Positions 8,085 through 17,926 of a stretch of 64,000 bases of DNA are shown here, one piece after another; the stretch's first letter is position 1; every line of letters starts with the position of its first letter. Origin of the DNA: Pseudomonadota bacterium (GTDB lineage: Bacteria; Desulfobacterota; Desulfobacteria; Desulfobacterales; JBDRRP01); NCBI GenBank assembly GCA_043825735.1, contig JBDRRP010000062.1, positions 1 to 64,000 on the forward strand, read 5' to 3'. The notes under the pieces were generated by a model. The model did not search any database, had not been told where the DNA came from, and was given only the letters and a program-made list of their open reading frames with translations. The position numbers were made by a program, and so were the translations under genes.

Positions 8085-9467
8085 ATGCTTCTGAAAAACA
8101 TCGACCGCACCCGAATCGTCATCATCAACCTGCCCACCGAGCATCTCAAATCAGACACCGAAATCATGGCGCGGGGCCCCCTGTCGATACACTCTTTCCT
8201 GCGTAAAAAGGGAATCGATTCGATCCTGGTGGACCTTGCCGGCACCCGGGAAGAAAACTGGCCCATGATCCCCGACGCGGATCTTTACGGCATCTCCACG
8301 GTGACCTGCCAGGTGTTCTACGCCGAGCGCCTGGCGTCGTTTCTCAAATCGCGCCACCCCCGTGCCGTGGTCCTCATGGGCGGTGCCCACGCCGTCGCGC
8401 TGCCCGGGGACTGCCTCAAAAACCGCCATGCCGACGTTGTTTGCATTGGAGAGGGGGAACTGGCCGTTTTTGAACTCATGGACAGCGGCAGGCAGCTGTC
8501 CGACATCAAGGGATTCGCCTACCTGGACGACTCGGGAAATGTCGTCGGTACGGGAAAGCGGCCGCTGGCAAAGGACATCGAACAGTTCTACCCCCTGCGG
8601 TTCCAGGATTACGGCATCTACCGCTATTTACACCCTAAAACCTACAAATTCTTCAATCGGGACGCAGACGACCTCCAGCTCAACGTCATGATCAGCCGCG
8701 GCTGCTACGGTTCGTGCAAATTCTGCATGAGCGGTCAGACCGGGGCCAAATCGATCCGGCATCGCAACATCACCACCGCGGTTGATGAACTGATCCAGTA
8801 CAAGAAACGATGGGGCATCAACCGAGTCTATTTCGACGACGATGAAATGCTGTCCAAAAAAGGGATGTTCGAAGCGCTCTGCGACGAGATGCCGCGAAGC
8901 GACCTCGACTGGCTTTGCCTCGGCCGAAGCGACCGGGTCACTCCGGAAAAGCTCGCGCGCCTGGTGGACGCCGGCTGCACCGGCATCGTCTACGGCATCG
9001 AGCACTTTTCCGACCGCGTTCTCTGCGGCCTGAACAAGGGCAACACCGGCAAGCAGAACTACAAGGCATTGATCCAGTCGGCGAAGTACAACCTGAAGGT
9101 CAGGGCCCAGATGATGACCGGCTGCGTCCCCTACGAGACATGGGATGACGTCAAGCTGACGGCCGCGTACGTGAAAAGGGTCATCGCTGAAACCGAAGGC
9201 CGGGTCAGATTCAGTTTCCACATCTACCAGCCGCTACCGGGGACGGCTTCCTACGAAGAGGCACTGGGCTGCCCCGAGCACTTCGATCCCCGGCGATTGA
9301 CCGATTTTTCCGAGTTCCAGACAGTGGGCAATTTTCAAAGACACGCCGCCGGCGGCATCGACAAGCGCCCGCGTATCGCCCACCGGAAGGCGGCAGAGGT
9401 GTTCGATTGGTACGATTACCTGGTTGAGACCGCCGGGGAAGCCGAAATCGCCGCCAACCACGATTAG
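8085..9467 (+). CDS. B12-binding radical SAM protein
   Basis: N-terminal cobalamin-binding-type domain (MGGAHA, IGEGE); SRGCYGSCKFC; YFDDD; GIEH. Confidence 0.88.
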   Translation: MLLKNIDRTRIVIINLPTEHLKSDTEIMARGPLSIHSFLRKKGIDSILVDLAGTREENWPMIPDADLYGISTVTCQVFYAERLASFLKSRHPRAVVLMGGAHAVALPGDCLKNRHADVVCIGEGELAVFELMDSGRQLSDIKGFAYLDDSGNVVGTGKRPLAKDIEQFYPLRFQDYGIYRYLHPKTYKFFNRDADDLQLNVMISRGCYGSCKFCMSGQTGAKSIRHRNITTAVDELIQYKKRWGINRVYFDDDEMLSKKGMFEALCDEMPRSDLDWLCLGRSDRVTPEKLARLVDAGCTGIVYGIEHFSDRVLCGLNKGNTGKQNYKALIQSAKYNLKVRAQMMTGCVPYETWDDVKLTAAYVKRVIAETEGRVRFSFHIYQPLPGTASYEEALGCPEHFDPRRLTDFSEFQTVGNFQRHAAGGIDKRPRIAHRKAAEVFDWYDYLVETAGEAEIAANHD

Positions 9468-9497
9468 CAGCACCGCAATGGAAGGTCCCGGACCGAC

Positions 9498-10202
9498 ATG
9501 ACCACACTCAGCCTCATCTCCCCCTGCTACAACGAGTCCGACAACATCCGTGATTTCGTCGAGGACTGGCACCGGGAACTCGCCGCGCGCATCGACGATT
9601 TCGAAATCATCATCGTGGACGACTGCTCCACCGACGCCACCCCCGATCTGCTCAAGGCGCTTCAGGCGAAATACCCGCGCCTGGAGGTGCTCACCAACGC
9701 CACCAACCGGCGCTACGGGGCGGCGGTGATGCGGGGTCTGCGCCACGCCGCCGGGCAGTACGTCATCTGGACGGACAGCGACTACTCCCACCGGCCCTCG
9801 GACTTCTGGAAGCTGTGGCGGCGGCGCGAGGCGTTCGACGGCGTCTGGGGCATCCGCCGGGTGGACCAGCGCGACAGCCTCGGCCGGATCTTCTTCACCA
9901 TCGGCAATATCCTGCTCATCGGGCTGATCTTCAACATCCGGCTGAAGGACCCGAACTGCGCCTTCAAGCTGTTCCGGCGGGACGCCCTCATGCCGGTTAT
10001 CGACGCCATCCGCGTCCACCCCATCATGACCACCACCAAAATCGCCATCCGGGCGCGCCAGGCCGGATTGTCCATCGAAGAGGTGCCGGTGGAGTTTCTC
10101 GAACGCACCCGGGGCCAAGGATCCATCGACGGCGTGCGCCAGATCGGTGCCGCGGTGGAAGGGGTAAGGGAACTCATGGCCTTCCGGCTACGGGGGCGAT
10201 AG
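9498..10202 (+). CDS. GT2, polyprenyl-phosphate sugar synthase (DPM1-like)
   Basis: SPCYNE, VDDCSTD, NRRYGAAV, WTDSDYSH, DPNCAFKLF, EVPVEFLER. Confidence 0.85.
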   Translation: MTTLSLISPCYNESDNIRDFVEDWHRELAARIDDFEIIIVDDCSTDATPDLLKALQAKYPRLEVLTNATNRRYGAAVMRGLRHAAGQYVIWTDSDYSHRPSDFWKLWRRREAFDGVWGIRRVDQRDSLGRIFFTIGNILLIGLIFNIRLKDPNCAFKLFRRDALMPVIDAIRVHPIMTTTKIAIRARQAGLSIEEVPVEFLERTRGQGSIDGVRQIGAAVEGVRELMAFRLRGR

Positions 10203-10205
10203 CCG

Positions 10206-11987
10206 GTGAAGACCCCGGCGAGGCATCTGATATGGCCGCTGCTGCTGGCCGCCGTTGCCATGCGGCTGGCGTTTCCCTGCGCGGACCCGCCGTTCGAGTA
10301 CGGCCCCCTCAACTACACCATCACCGGCGAGTTGTTCACCTTCGAGGGCAATGCCTGGTCCCAGGACGCGCGCAACAAGGCCCTGTTCGGCGAATGGGTC
10401 ATGGACAAATGGCCGACATCGCTCCTGATGCCCCTGCACAACCTGGCGAGCTATCTGTCTTTCAGCCTGTTCGGAGTCGGCCTCTGGCAGGTGCGGCTGC
10501 CGTCCATGGTCTTCGGCGTCCTCACCACGGTCCTGCTGTTCGCCGTCATGCGCCGCAGCGAAGACGACCGGACCGGTCTGATGACAGCATTTTTATGGGG
10601 GGTCAACTACCTGGCCGTCGCCCTGAACAAGACCGCTCTCATCGAATCGGGCCTTATTTTCACGACGGTGGCGGCCTTCGCCTGCTGGCACCTGGGCCGG
10701 AAAACGGCCGTGGGGCACTTGCTGTTCGGCGTGGCGGCCGTGCTCTGCGTGCTCTACAAGCCCACCGGCCTAATCATTCCCGCCACCGGTGTCTGCGTCT
10801 ACCTCTCGGGGATCCTGCGGGATCGCGGCTGGCGGAACGCCGCGTGGTTCGCAGCAGGGGTCGGCCTCACCGGACTGCTGTACCTGGCGCTGTTTCATTC
10901 CAGGCTCGCCGAGATCTTCACCTTTTACAAGCTCATCGGCAACAGTTGGCGCCCGAAGACCACCATCGACGTCATTATGTCCGGGGGCACCTTCATGGTC
11001 AGCCGCTACTTCTTCATCCGGCAGCCGTTGCTGTTCATCACCGCCCTGCTCTGGCTCGGTTGGTGCCTGTCACGGCTCGCCGCCGATCCCGATGGCCCCG
11101 GGTCGCCCGCATCGCAGGCGTTGCCGTCCGGCAACGCCTGCGTCCAGGCCATCCGGCGTCTCGGTCGAGTCCTGGGCCGACTCGATCCGGCCGATCTCTA
11201 CCTGGCCCTGTGGTTCCTCTTCGGGTTGGCCATGCCGCTGGTCGAGGGGGGGCAAAACCCCATGCTGCGCCGGTATATGTTTCTGCTGCCGCCCATGGCC
11301 GTCATGGGCGCCAAACTCTTGAATGCCGTCCTCGCCCCCGGAGCCGGGCCGGCCATCCACCCGCGCATGTCCCGGGCGGTGCTCTTTCTCGTGGGCTACG
11401 TGGCCTGCTTCAGTCTGCTGCGGATGGTTTTCTTCCCGGACCTGGCCGCCTTCCGGGGCGCCCACGTCAGGCCCTTTTTCCTGGTGTTTCTCACGGCCGT
11501 TCTGGCCGGTCTGCTGTGCGGGCGGCTGGACGGCGTCGCAAGGCGGCTCTTGGGACGCCTGGCAATGCGAAAAACCGCCTTCGTGGCGGGGCTCCTCTGC
11601 CTCTATGGCCTCTTCCAGGCCGGCCAGGTCACCGCATGGGCGGCCGGTCGCCACTACACGATCTACGAAAGCAACCGGCGCCTGGCCGCTATCGACGCCC
11701 TTCAGTCCCCCGTGATCATGGCCGGCAACACCCTGACCATCACCGCCAGTTTTCTCTCCGGCTACCGCACCCTAGTCGTGGGCAGCCCGCCCGCCTACAT
11801 GAACTGGCGGCAGATCCTCGAGTCGCCGCAGATCGAATACTACCTGCTCAACCGCGCCCCTTACATGGAGGACAATCCCATCATGATGCCGTTTCTCACC
11901 CGGTACCCGAACGCAGTGCCCGTGGCAGAGGTGATCGTGGGCCGCCGGAAAGCGACCATCTACCGAAAGGTTGCGACCGCCCCGTGA
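10206..11987 (+). CDS. Multi-TM GT-C glycosyltransferase (ArnT/PMT-like)
   Basis: Many hydrophobic segments; FSLFGVGLWQVRLPSMVFG, ALIES, YKP and RRYMFLLPP motifs; GTG start 3 bp after the GT2 stop. Confidence 0.7.
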   Translation: MKTPARHLIWPLLLAAVAMRLAFPCADPPFEYGPLNYTITGELFTFEGNAWSQDARNKALFGEWVMDKWPTSLLMPLHNLASYLSFSLFGVGLWQVRLPSMVFGVLTTVLLFAVMRRSEDDRTGLMTAFLWGVNYLAVALNKTALIESGLIFTTVAAFACWHLGRKTAVGHLLFGVAAVLCVLYKPTGLIIPATGVCVYLSGILRDRGWRNAAWFAAGVGLTGLLYLALFHSRLAEIFTFYKLIGNSWRPKTTIDVIMSGGTFMVSRYFFIRQPLLFITALLWLGWCLSRLAADPDGPGSPASQALPSGNACVQAIRRLGRVLGRLDPADLYLALWFLFGLAMPLVEGGQNPMLRRYMFLLPPMAVMGAKLLNAVLAPGAGPAIHPRMSRAVLFLVGYVACFSLLRMVFFPDLAAFRGAHVRPFFLVFLTAVLAGLLCGRLDGVARRLLGRLAMRKTAFVAGLLCLYGLFQAGQVTAWAAGRHYTIYESNRRLAAIDALQSPVIMAGNTLTITASFLSGYRTLVVGSPPAYMNWRQILESPQIEYYLLNRAPYMEDNPIMMPFLTRYPNAVPVAEVIVGRRKATIYRKVATAP

Positions 11988-12820
11988 ACCGGCGAACCCA
12001 TTGTCCCCTGTGCGCCGGGACCCGGCTCCGGGACCACCTGGTGGACTGGCAGCAAAACCGCTACCAGCGCTGCGCCGACTGCGGCATGGTGATCCAGAAT
12101 CCCCACTGCCCGGACATCGACTACGACGACGGCTACTGGGGCGTCGTTACCGACCCCGACGGCATGCGCCGGGACCTGTTGAAGGAACGCCGCCGGCGAC
12201 TGAAAAACTGGTACGGGGCCGTCCCGGAGGTGATCGACCAGCTGCCAGACGCCCGGATCCTTGACATCGGGTGCGGCCCGGGGCACCTGCTGAGCGCCGT
12301 CTCGAATCGCCATGAAAAAACAGCCCTGGAAGTCTCCTCGCGGTGCGTCGAGCACATCCGGCGGCAGTATCCGGAAATCCGGGTAAAGAACGCCACCCTG
12401 GAAACGTGCGCCTTCGCTCCGGATTCTTTCGACGTCGTCTTGTTCTACCACGTCATCGAACACCTGACGGACCCCCTGGCGGCCCTTCAGGCCATCCACC
12501 GTCTGCTCAAAGACGGGGGGTTGCTCATCGTCGGCACGCCCAACATCAGCGGTTTCTGCGCCCGGCGCTTCCGAGGCAACTTCAGGCTGCTGGGCCGGCC
12601 GCACCTGACCCTGTTCGACGAGACCACTCTGACCCGGATCCTGCACCGAACCGGGTTTGTGGTGACGGCCAAGGAGTTCCCCTTCTTCCGAACGGACTAC
12701 TTCACCGTGAAGAACCTCCTCCGCCTGTGGAACCCCCGCCGGCTGTCTCCCCCGTTCTACAAGAATGTCATAACCTTTTACGCGCGTAAAAAAGCGCTTC
12801 CGGAGGGCCGTCGTGGATAG
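11984..12820 (+). CDS. Class I SAM-dependent methyltransferase with N-terminal zinc ribbon
   Basis: CPLC..RCADCG, ILDIGCGPG, FDVVLFYHVIEHL, GTPN; GTGA overlap at 11984 (C-terminal part of track ORF 9815..12820). Confidence 0.85.
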   Translation: MNRRTHCPLCAGTRLRDHLVDWQQNRYQRCADCGMVIQNPHCPDIDYDDGYWGVVTDPDGMRRDLLKERRRRLKNWYGAVPEVIDQLPDARILDIGCGPGHLLSAVSNRHEKTALEVSSRCVEHIRRQYPEIRVKNATLETCAFAPDSFDVVLFYHVIEHLTDPLAALQAIHRLLKDGGLLIVGTPNISGFCARRFRGNFRLLGRPHLTLFDETTLTRILHRTGFVVTAKEFPFFRTDYFTVKNLLRLWNPRRLSPPFYKNVITFYARKKALPEGRRG

Positions 12821-13550
12821 ACGGCAGGACCGCCCGGACCCGCTTCCCCCGGCCCTGATCCTGGCCGGCGGACTCGGCACCCGTCTGAGGCCGGTGGTGA
12901 GCGATCTCCCCAAGCCCATGGCACCCGCCGGCGGCAAGCCCTTCCTCGAGCACCTGCTCCGGTGGCTCGGCGGTCAAGGCATTGGCCGGGCCGTCCTCCT
13001 AGTGCACTACATGGGCGCAGCAATCGAGACGCACTTCGGCAACGGCGCACGCTGGGGCATCACCATCGACACCGTGCACGAGCCGGAAGCGCTGGGCACA
13101 GGCGGGGCCGTGGTCCATGCGGTGACGCAGTTGGGCCTCGATGGCCCGTTTTTCCTCCTCAACGGGGACTCCTTCATCGATGTCGACCTCGACGATTTCC
13201 ACCGGTCCATCCCGGACGGCGAAAACGGCATGGTGCTGACCCACCGGTCCACCCCAGGCAAGTACGGCATCGTCGAAATGGACCCTGACGGCCGCATTAC
13301 CCGGTTCGCGGAAAAAGGGTCGCGCATCGGCCGCGGCCTAGTCAACGCGGGCTGCTATTTTCTCCAGCCCGGCCTGTTCCAGGGCCGCCCGCCGATTCCC
13401 TGCGCCATCGAAACCGACCTGTTCCCGGAATGGATCGCGGCGGGCACGCCCATCCGCGGCTATCCGTGCGACGGCTTTTTCATCGACATCGGCACGCCGG
13501 ACGACTACCGGCGCTTTCAATCCCATGTCGAGAAGGGGGCAACGGCATGA
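12813..13550 (+). CDS. hddC: Sugar-1-phosphate nucleotidyltransferase, HddC-like (heptose-1-P guanylyltransferase)
   Basis: ILAGGLGTRLRPVVSDLPKPMAP..GKPFL, EPEALGTGGA, LNGDSF, FIDIGTPDDY; short, with no CBS or hexapeptide tail. Confidence 0.75.
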   Translation: MDRRQDRPDPLPPALILAGGLGTRLRPVVSDLPKPMAPAGGKPFLEHLLRWLGGQGIGRAVLLVHYMGAAIETHFGNGARWGITIDTVHEPEALGTGGAVVHAVTQLGLDGPFFLLNGDSFIDVDLDDFHRSIPDGENGMVLTHRSTPGKYGIVEMDPDGRITRFAEKGSRIGRGLVNAGCYFLQPGLFQGRPPIPCAIETDLFPEWIAAGTPIRGYPCDGFFIDIGTPDDYRRFQSHVEKGATA

Positions 13551-14266
13551 CGACCCTGCTGGCGCTGATTCCCGCCCGGGGCGGATCCAAAGGGGTCCCC
13601 CGCAAGAACATCAAGCCCATGGCCGGCCGCCCGCTCATCCACTATACCATCCAAGCGGCCCTGGCCTCGCCGGTGGTGACCCGCATCATCGTCTCCACCG
13701 AGGACGAGGAAATCGCGGCCATCGCCACCGGCCTCGGGGCAGAGGTGCCGTTCCGGCGCCCCATAGCACTGGCCCTCGATCACGTGCTCGATTTTCCCGT
13801 GGCCGCCCATTGCCTGGACTATCTGCGCAACGTCGAAGGATGGACACCGGACTTCTTGGTGTTTCTGCGGCCCACCATGCCATTGCGAAAGCCGGGCGAG
13901 ATCGAGGCGGCCTACGACATCATCCGACGGCACCCGGACATCGATTCGGTACGCACCACCCGCCCCGTCCCCTACCCTCCGTATTGGATGAAAAAAATCG
14001 ATGACGACGGCCGCTTGTCGCCATTCATGGATGCGGTGGCGCCGTACCAGTACACCCGCCGCCAGGGCCTGCCCCGGACCGTGATGTGCGACGGCTATGT
14101 CGATCTGAGTCGGGTGTCCGCCATCCGGCGCTTCAACCAGGTGGTAGGCGGCAACATCTATGCCCTGTACCGTGAGGACGTGCCCTTTTACGACATCGAC
14201 ACCCAAGAGGACTGGGACTACTGTGAGTACGTCATGGAGCGCCTGAGAATACAGGGAAAGGAATAG
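13547..14266 (+). CDS. neuA: Acylneuraminate/ulosonate cytidylyltransferase (NeuA/LegF/PseF family)
   Basis: IPARGGSKGVPRKNI, IVSTEDEEI, LRPTMPLR, DIDTQEDW; ATG 13547. Confidence 0.9.
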   Translation: MTTLLALIPARGGSKGVPRKNIKPMAGRPLIHYTIQAALASPVVTRIIVSTEDEEIAAIATGLGAEVPFRRPIALALDHVLDFPVAAHCLDYLRNVEGWTPDFLVFLRPTMPLRKPGEIEAAYDIIRRHPDIDSVRTTRPVPYPPYWMKKIDDDGRLSPFMDAVAPYQYTRRQGLPRTVMCDGYVDLSRVSAIRRFNQVVGGNIYALYREDVPFYDIDTQEDWDYCEYVMERLRIQGKE

Positions 14267-14270
14267 CGGC

Positions 14271-15362
14271 ATGCAATTCAACCATCAATTCAACATCGGA
14301 AACCGACTCGTGGGAAAGGGCGCACCTGTGTTTATCATCGCGGAAGCCGGCGTCAACCACAACGGCGATATGGACCTTGCCCGGGCTCTGATCGACGCTG
14401 CGGCCGATGCCGGTGCGGATGCCGTAAAATTCCAGACGTTCCAGGCACACAAGCTCAACACCCGGAGTGCGCCCAAAAGCTCCTACCATCTGCGCACCAC
14501 ACCCAGCGATGAAGAACAATCCTGGTTCGAACTGCTGCGCACCCAGGAGCTGAGCCGCGGTATGCACCTTGAGATCATCACCCACTGCAGCAAACGCGGC
14601 ATCATGTTCCTGAGCACCCCTTACGATCCGGACGCCGCCGACCTGCTGGCCGATCTGAATGTGCCGGCCTTCAAAGTGGCGAGCACGGACGCCAACAACT
14701 ATCCGTTTTTGAAACACTTGGCCAAGTTCGCCCGCCCCATCCTGCTGTCCACTGCCATGTGCACCCTCGAGGAGGTCCGCCGGGCGATAGAGACCATCCA
14801 TCAAACGGGAAACCGCGACCTGGTGGTGCTCCACTGCACGGCGAACTACCCGTGCGTCATCGAAAACACTAATCTGCTGGCGATGAAGCAGATGGCCGCG
14901 GCATTCGACGTCGCGGTGGGATACTCTGACCACAACCTGTCCCACATCAACCCCATCGCTGCGGTTGCGCTTGGCGCCACGGTCATCGAGAAGCACTTCA
15001 CGCTTTCCAAGGATTTGCCGGGCCCGGACCACCAGGCCTCCCTGACCCCCGGGGCGCTGGCCCGCATGGTGCGCGATGTCCGGGACGCGGAAAAGGCCCT
15101 GGGGAACGGGTCGAAGGCGCCCCTGCCCTGCGAACAGGAGAACCGCCGCAAGTTGCGCAAAAGCATCGTGGCGGGGCGGTTCATCACGAAAGGCGAAACC
15201 ATCAAGGCCGCCATGATCGCCTTCAAGCGGCCGGGGACGGGCATCCCGCCCGGCGAATGGAACCGGGTCGCCGGAGCGGCGGCGGCATGTGACATCCCCG
15301 AAGACACGCTGATTACCGATGCCATGATCACCCGACATCCGGAGAACGGCCATGGGCACTGA
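14271..15362 (+). CDS. neuB: PEP-dependent ulosonate synthase (NeuB/LegI family) with C-terminal SAF domain
   Basis: FIIAEAGVNHNGD, AVKFQT, KVAS, LHCTANYP, GYSDH, IEKHFT, GPDH, KRPGTGI. Confidence 0.93.
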   Translation: MQFNHQFNIGNRLVGKGAPVFIIAEAGVNHNGDMDLARALIDAAADAGADAVKFQTFQAHKLNTRSAPKSSYHLRTTPSDEEQSWFELLRTQELSRGMHLEIITHCSKRGIMFLSTPYDPDAADLLADLNVPAFKVASTDANNYPFLKHLAKFARPILLSTAMCTLEEVRRAIETIHQTGNRDLVVLHCTANYPCVIENTNLLAMKQMAAAFDVAVGYSDHNLSHINPIAAVALGATVIEKHFTLSKDLPGPDHQASLTPGALARMVRDVRDAEKALGNGSKAPLPCEQENRRKLRKSIVAGRFITKGETIKAAMIAFKRPGTGIPPGEWNRVAGAAAACDIPEDTLITDAMITRHPENGHGH

Positions 15363-15987
15363 GAAACGCAGCGGCTACCTCATCATCGGCGGCGGCGGGT
15401 TCGGCCAGGAACTCTACGGATTGCTGAGCGAAACCGGTTGGCCCGTCGCCGGCTTTGTGGACACCCATGAAACCGAGGTCATTCGGAGCACCGGCCGCCC
15501 CTACCTGGGCACCGACGATGAACTCGAGCGGTTGAGAAGCCGGTGCACCGGCGCCTTCATCGCCCTGGGCGCCCTGGAAAAACGACACCGGATTTTCGAA
15601 CATTTGAAAGCGCTCGATTACGCCGTGCCCCGGTTCATCCATCCTCGGGCCTACGTGTCCGGGACAGCTGCGGTTCAGGACGGCGCGCTCGTTTATCCCC
15701 ACGCGACCCTTCACCACAACGTCGGCGTGGGCCGGTGCGTGCTGGTCAATTCCAACGTTAGTGTCGGCCACGACACCATCTGCGGCGATTTCACCACGTT
15801 GAACCCCAACGCCGCCGTCGCCGGGCGTGTGGCCATCGGCAGCCGCGTCATGGTGGGCATGGGCGCCGCCATCATCGAGAACCTGAGCGTCTGCGACGAC
15901 GCGGTCATAGGCGCCGGGGCCGTCGTGGCCGCCGCTATCACGACCCCGGGTGTATACGTGGGCGTCCCAGCCCGGAAACGACAATGA
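15352..15987 (+). CDS. neuD: NeuD/PglD-family hexapeptide acetyltransferase
   Basis: IIGGGGFGQE N-terminal domain, FIHP, VGHD, left-handed beta-helix repeats, GVYVGVPAR. Confidence 0.85.
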   Translation: MGTEKRSGYLIIGGGGFGQELYGLLSETGWPVAGFVDTHETEVIRSTGRPYLGTDDELERLRSRCTGAFIALGALEKRHRIFEHLKALDYAVPRFIHPRAYVSGTAAVQDGALVYPHATLHHNVGVGRCVLVNSNVSVGHDTICGDFTTLNPNAAVAGRVAIGSRVMVGMGAAIIENLSVCDDAVIGAGAVVAAAITTPGVYVGVPARKRQ

Positions 15988-16841
15988 ACCCCCTTTACGT
16001 ATCCACGACATTCCTTGAAGGCGACGGCACCAGCATCGCCACAGCGCTGGCGCGCCTCTCGGAGGTCGCCGCCGATGGTGTCGAATTGGGATCGACCCAT
16101 CGACCGGACCCGCGGTTCCTGGAAATCGTACAGGAATCGTCCTGGGAGAGAATCCTCGTCCACAATTACTGCCCCCCGGCGGACATCCCCATGGTCGTCA
16201 ACATCGCCTCGCTGGACCCTCGAATCGCCGGGGAAAGCATCGTCCACATCAAACGATGCATCGATTTCGCCGTCCGGGTGGGCGCCCGGTTGTATACGCT
16301 CCACCCGGGGTTCATGGTGGAGCCGGATCGACCGGGCAGTACCACCGCAAATTACGACTTCGTCTTCTCGTCGGCCCGCTATGACCATCAGGCGGCATGG
16401 GACCGGATGGCCGCATCCCTGGAGGAGATTCTGCACCACGCCGCGGCCCGCGGCGTGCCCGTCGCCCTTGAAAGTGCTGGCTCCATGCGGCATCCGGACA
16501 AGCTCCTGCTGCAGCGCCCCGAGGAATTCGCCGAGTTGCGGCGCCGTTTCGGCGGCGAAATCGGCATCAACCTGAATCTATCCCACACCGTTCTGGCATC
16601 GCGGGCCGGCCGATTTTCCGCAACGGATCTGATCGCGGAGATCGCGCCGCTGATCCGGGCCGTCGAGGTGAGCCATTGTGATCTCGTGGACGACCAGCAC
16701 AGGGCCCTGGTACCGGATTCATTCGTCTTCGACTACCTGCCCTGTCTTCCGGACACCGTCCCCCTGATCCTTGAGCTGCGAAACGTGGACACGGTCGATT
16801 TGAAGTACAGCCTTGGACTGTTGCGGGCTGAAATGAAATGA
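15984..16841 (+). CDS. Sugar phosphate isomerase/epimerase (xylose-isomerase-like TIM barrel)
   Basis: VELGS, HNYCPP, VNIAS, YTLHPGF, ALES, NLSH, EVSH..DQH, LILE. Confidence 0.7.
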   Translation: MNPLYVSTTFLEGDGTSIATALARLSEVAADGVELGSTHRPDPRFLEIVQESSWERILVHNYCPPADIPMVVNIASLDPRIAGESIVHIKRCIDFAVRVGARLYTLHPGFMVEPDRPGSTTANYDFVFSSARYDHQAAWDRMAASLEEILHHAAARGVPVALESAGSMRHPDKLLLQRPEEFAELRRRFGGEIGINLNLSHTVLASRAGRFSATDLIAEIAPLIRAVEVSHCDLVDDQHRALVPDSFVFDYLPCLPDTVPLILELRNVDTVDLKYSLGLLRAEMK

Positions 16842-17911
16842 CGACGTCTCCCCTGACATCGATGCGTGACAGACTGAACAATGCCGACCGCGCCCTGCTG
16901 GCCAACGTCCCGGATCGCTATCTAACGCCGGTGAAGCTGGAAAACTTCATTCTGGCCCGAAACGAGGAGCGCCGCAAGAAAACCGTGCTGACCGCCGCGC
17001 CCTACCACCTGGTGGTAGAGCCCACCAATGCCTGCAATCTCCGGTGCCCCCTGTGTCCCACCGGCAGTGGCGTTGCCTCGCGGAAAACCGGGCGCATGTC
17101 CATGGCTAAGTTCAAGAATCTCGTCGCCGCGTTGGAGACGACCACTATCGAGCTGTACCTGCAAAACTGGGGGGAGTCGACCCTGCTGCCCGATTTGCCG
17201 GAAATGATCCGATACTCAGCGGGTATGGGACTCTGGACGCATCTATCCTCCAACTTCTCGATCCGTTATCCATCGGGATATCTTGAAGACCTCGTGACCA
17301 GCGGGCTCTCCTTTCTTACGGTCGATGTGGACGGCTTGTCCCAGGACGTCTACGAATGCTATCGCCGTGGTGGCCGTCTGGCCAGGGTCATCGAGAACCT
17401 TCGGTCGGCCGTGCAGGTGAAACGGTCCCGGGGACTTAGCGAACCGCAAATCACTGCCACCATGATCGCCATGCGCCACAACGAACACCAGTTGGCCGAC
17501 TTCGCCGACTTCTGCGGCCAGCTGGGCGTGGACGCCGGTTCGGTGGGCAAGCTGCAGATCAACCCGAACGTTACCGCGTCGTGGCTGCCCGAAAACCCGG
17601 ATCACGTATACCGAACGTACCGGGGCGGCGTGCAGAGTGCGCCCTGCCACTGGCCCTGGAGCGGCCTGGTAATTAATTGGGACGGCGGCGTGTCGCCCTG
17701 CTGCATCATCGAAGACTGTCGCGCAGATTTCGGCAATGTGTTTCAAACCCCGCTTCACGAACTGTGGAACAACACCTGTTTCCAGTCGGCCAGAGCCCAA
17801 TTCGCCGCCCCGGCCGCCACCCTCCCCAGAACCATCTGTAACCTCTGTAAAAACGACACTCATCATCCGCGTCTGCCGAGAGCGGGCGACACCTTCGCCA
17901 TCACGCTTTAA
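16838..17911 (+). CDS. Radical SAM protein with SPASM/twitch domain
   Basis: EPTNACNLRCPLC, NWGESTL, CHWPW..INWDGGVSPCC, FGNV, ICNLC. Confidence 0.88.
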   Translation: MTTSPLTSMRDRLNNADRALLANVPDRYLTPVKLENFILARNEERRKKTVLTAAPYHLVVEPTNACNLRCPLCPTGSGVASRKTGRMSMAKFKNLVAALETTTIELYLQNWGESTLLPDLPEMIRYSAGMGLWTHLSSNFSIRYPSGYLEDLVTSGLSFLTVDVDGLSQDVYECYRRGGRLARVIENLRSAVQVKRSRGLSEPQITATMIAMRHNEHQLADFADFCGQLGVDAGSVGKLQINPNVTASWLPENPDHVYRTYRGGVQSAPCHWPWSGLVINWDGGVSPCCIIEDCRADFGNVFQTPLHELWNNTCFQSARAQFAAPAATLPRTICNLCKNDTHHPRLPRAGDTFAITL

Positions 17912-17926
17912 GGAGAAACGCCCGAA

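Noticed and set aside
9815..11983. 1001-aa track ORF 9815..12820 as one giant protein
   Set aside because: The N-terminal ~720 aa is an Arg/Pro-rich off-frame shadow of the GT2 and GT-C genes; only the part from GTG 11984 has methyltransferase motifs.
16838..17911. SPASM radical SAM as a RiPP maturase
   Set aside because: No precursor peptide, RRE/PqqD domain, peptidase or exporter nearby; the context is sugar biosynthesis.
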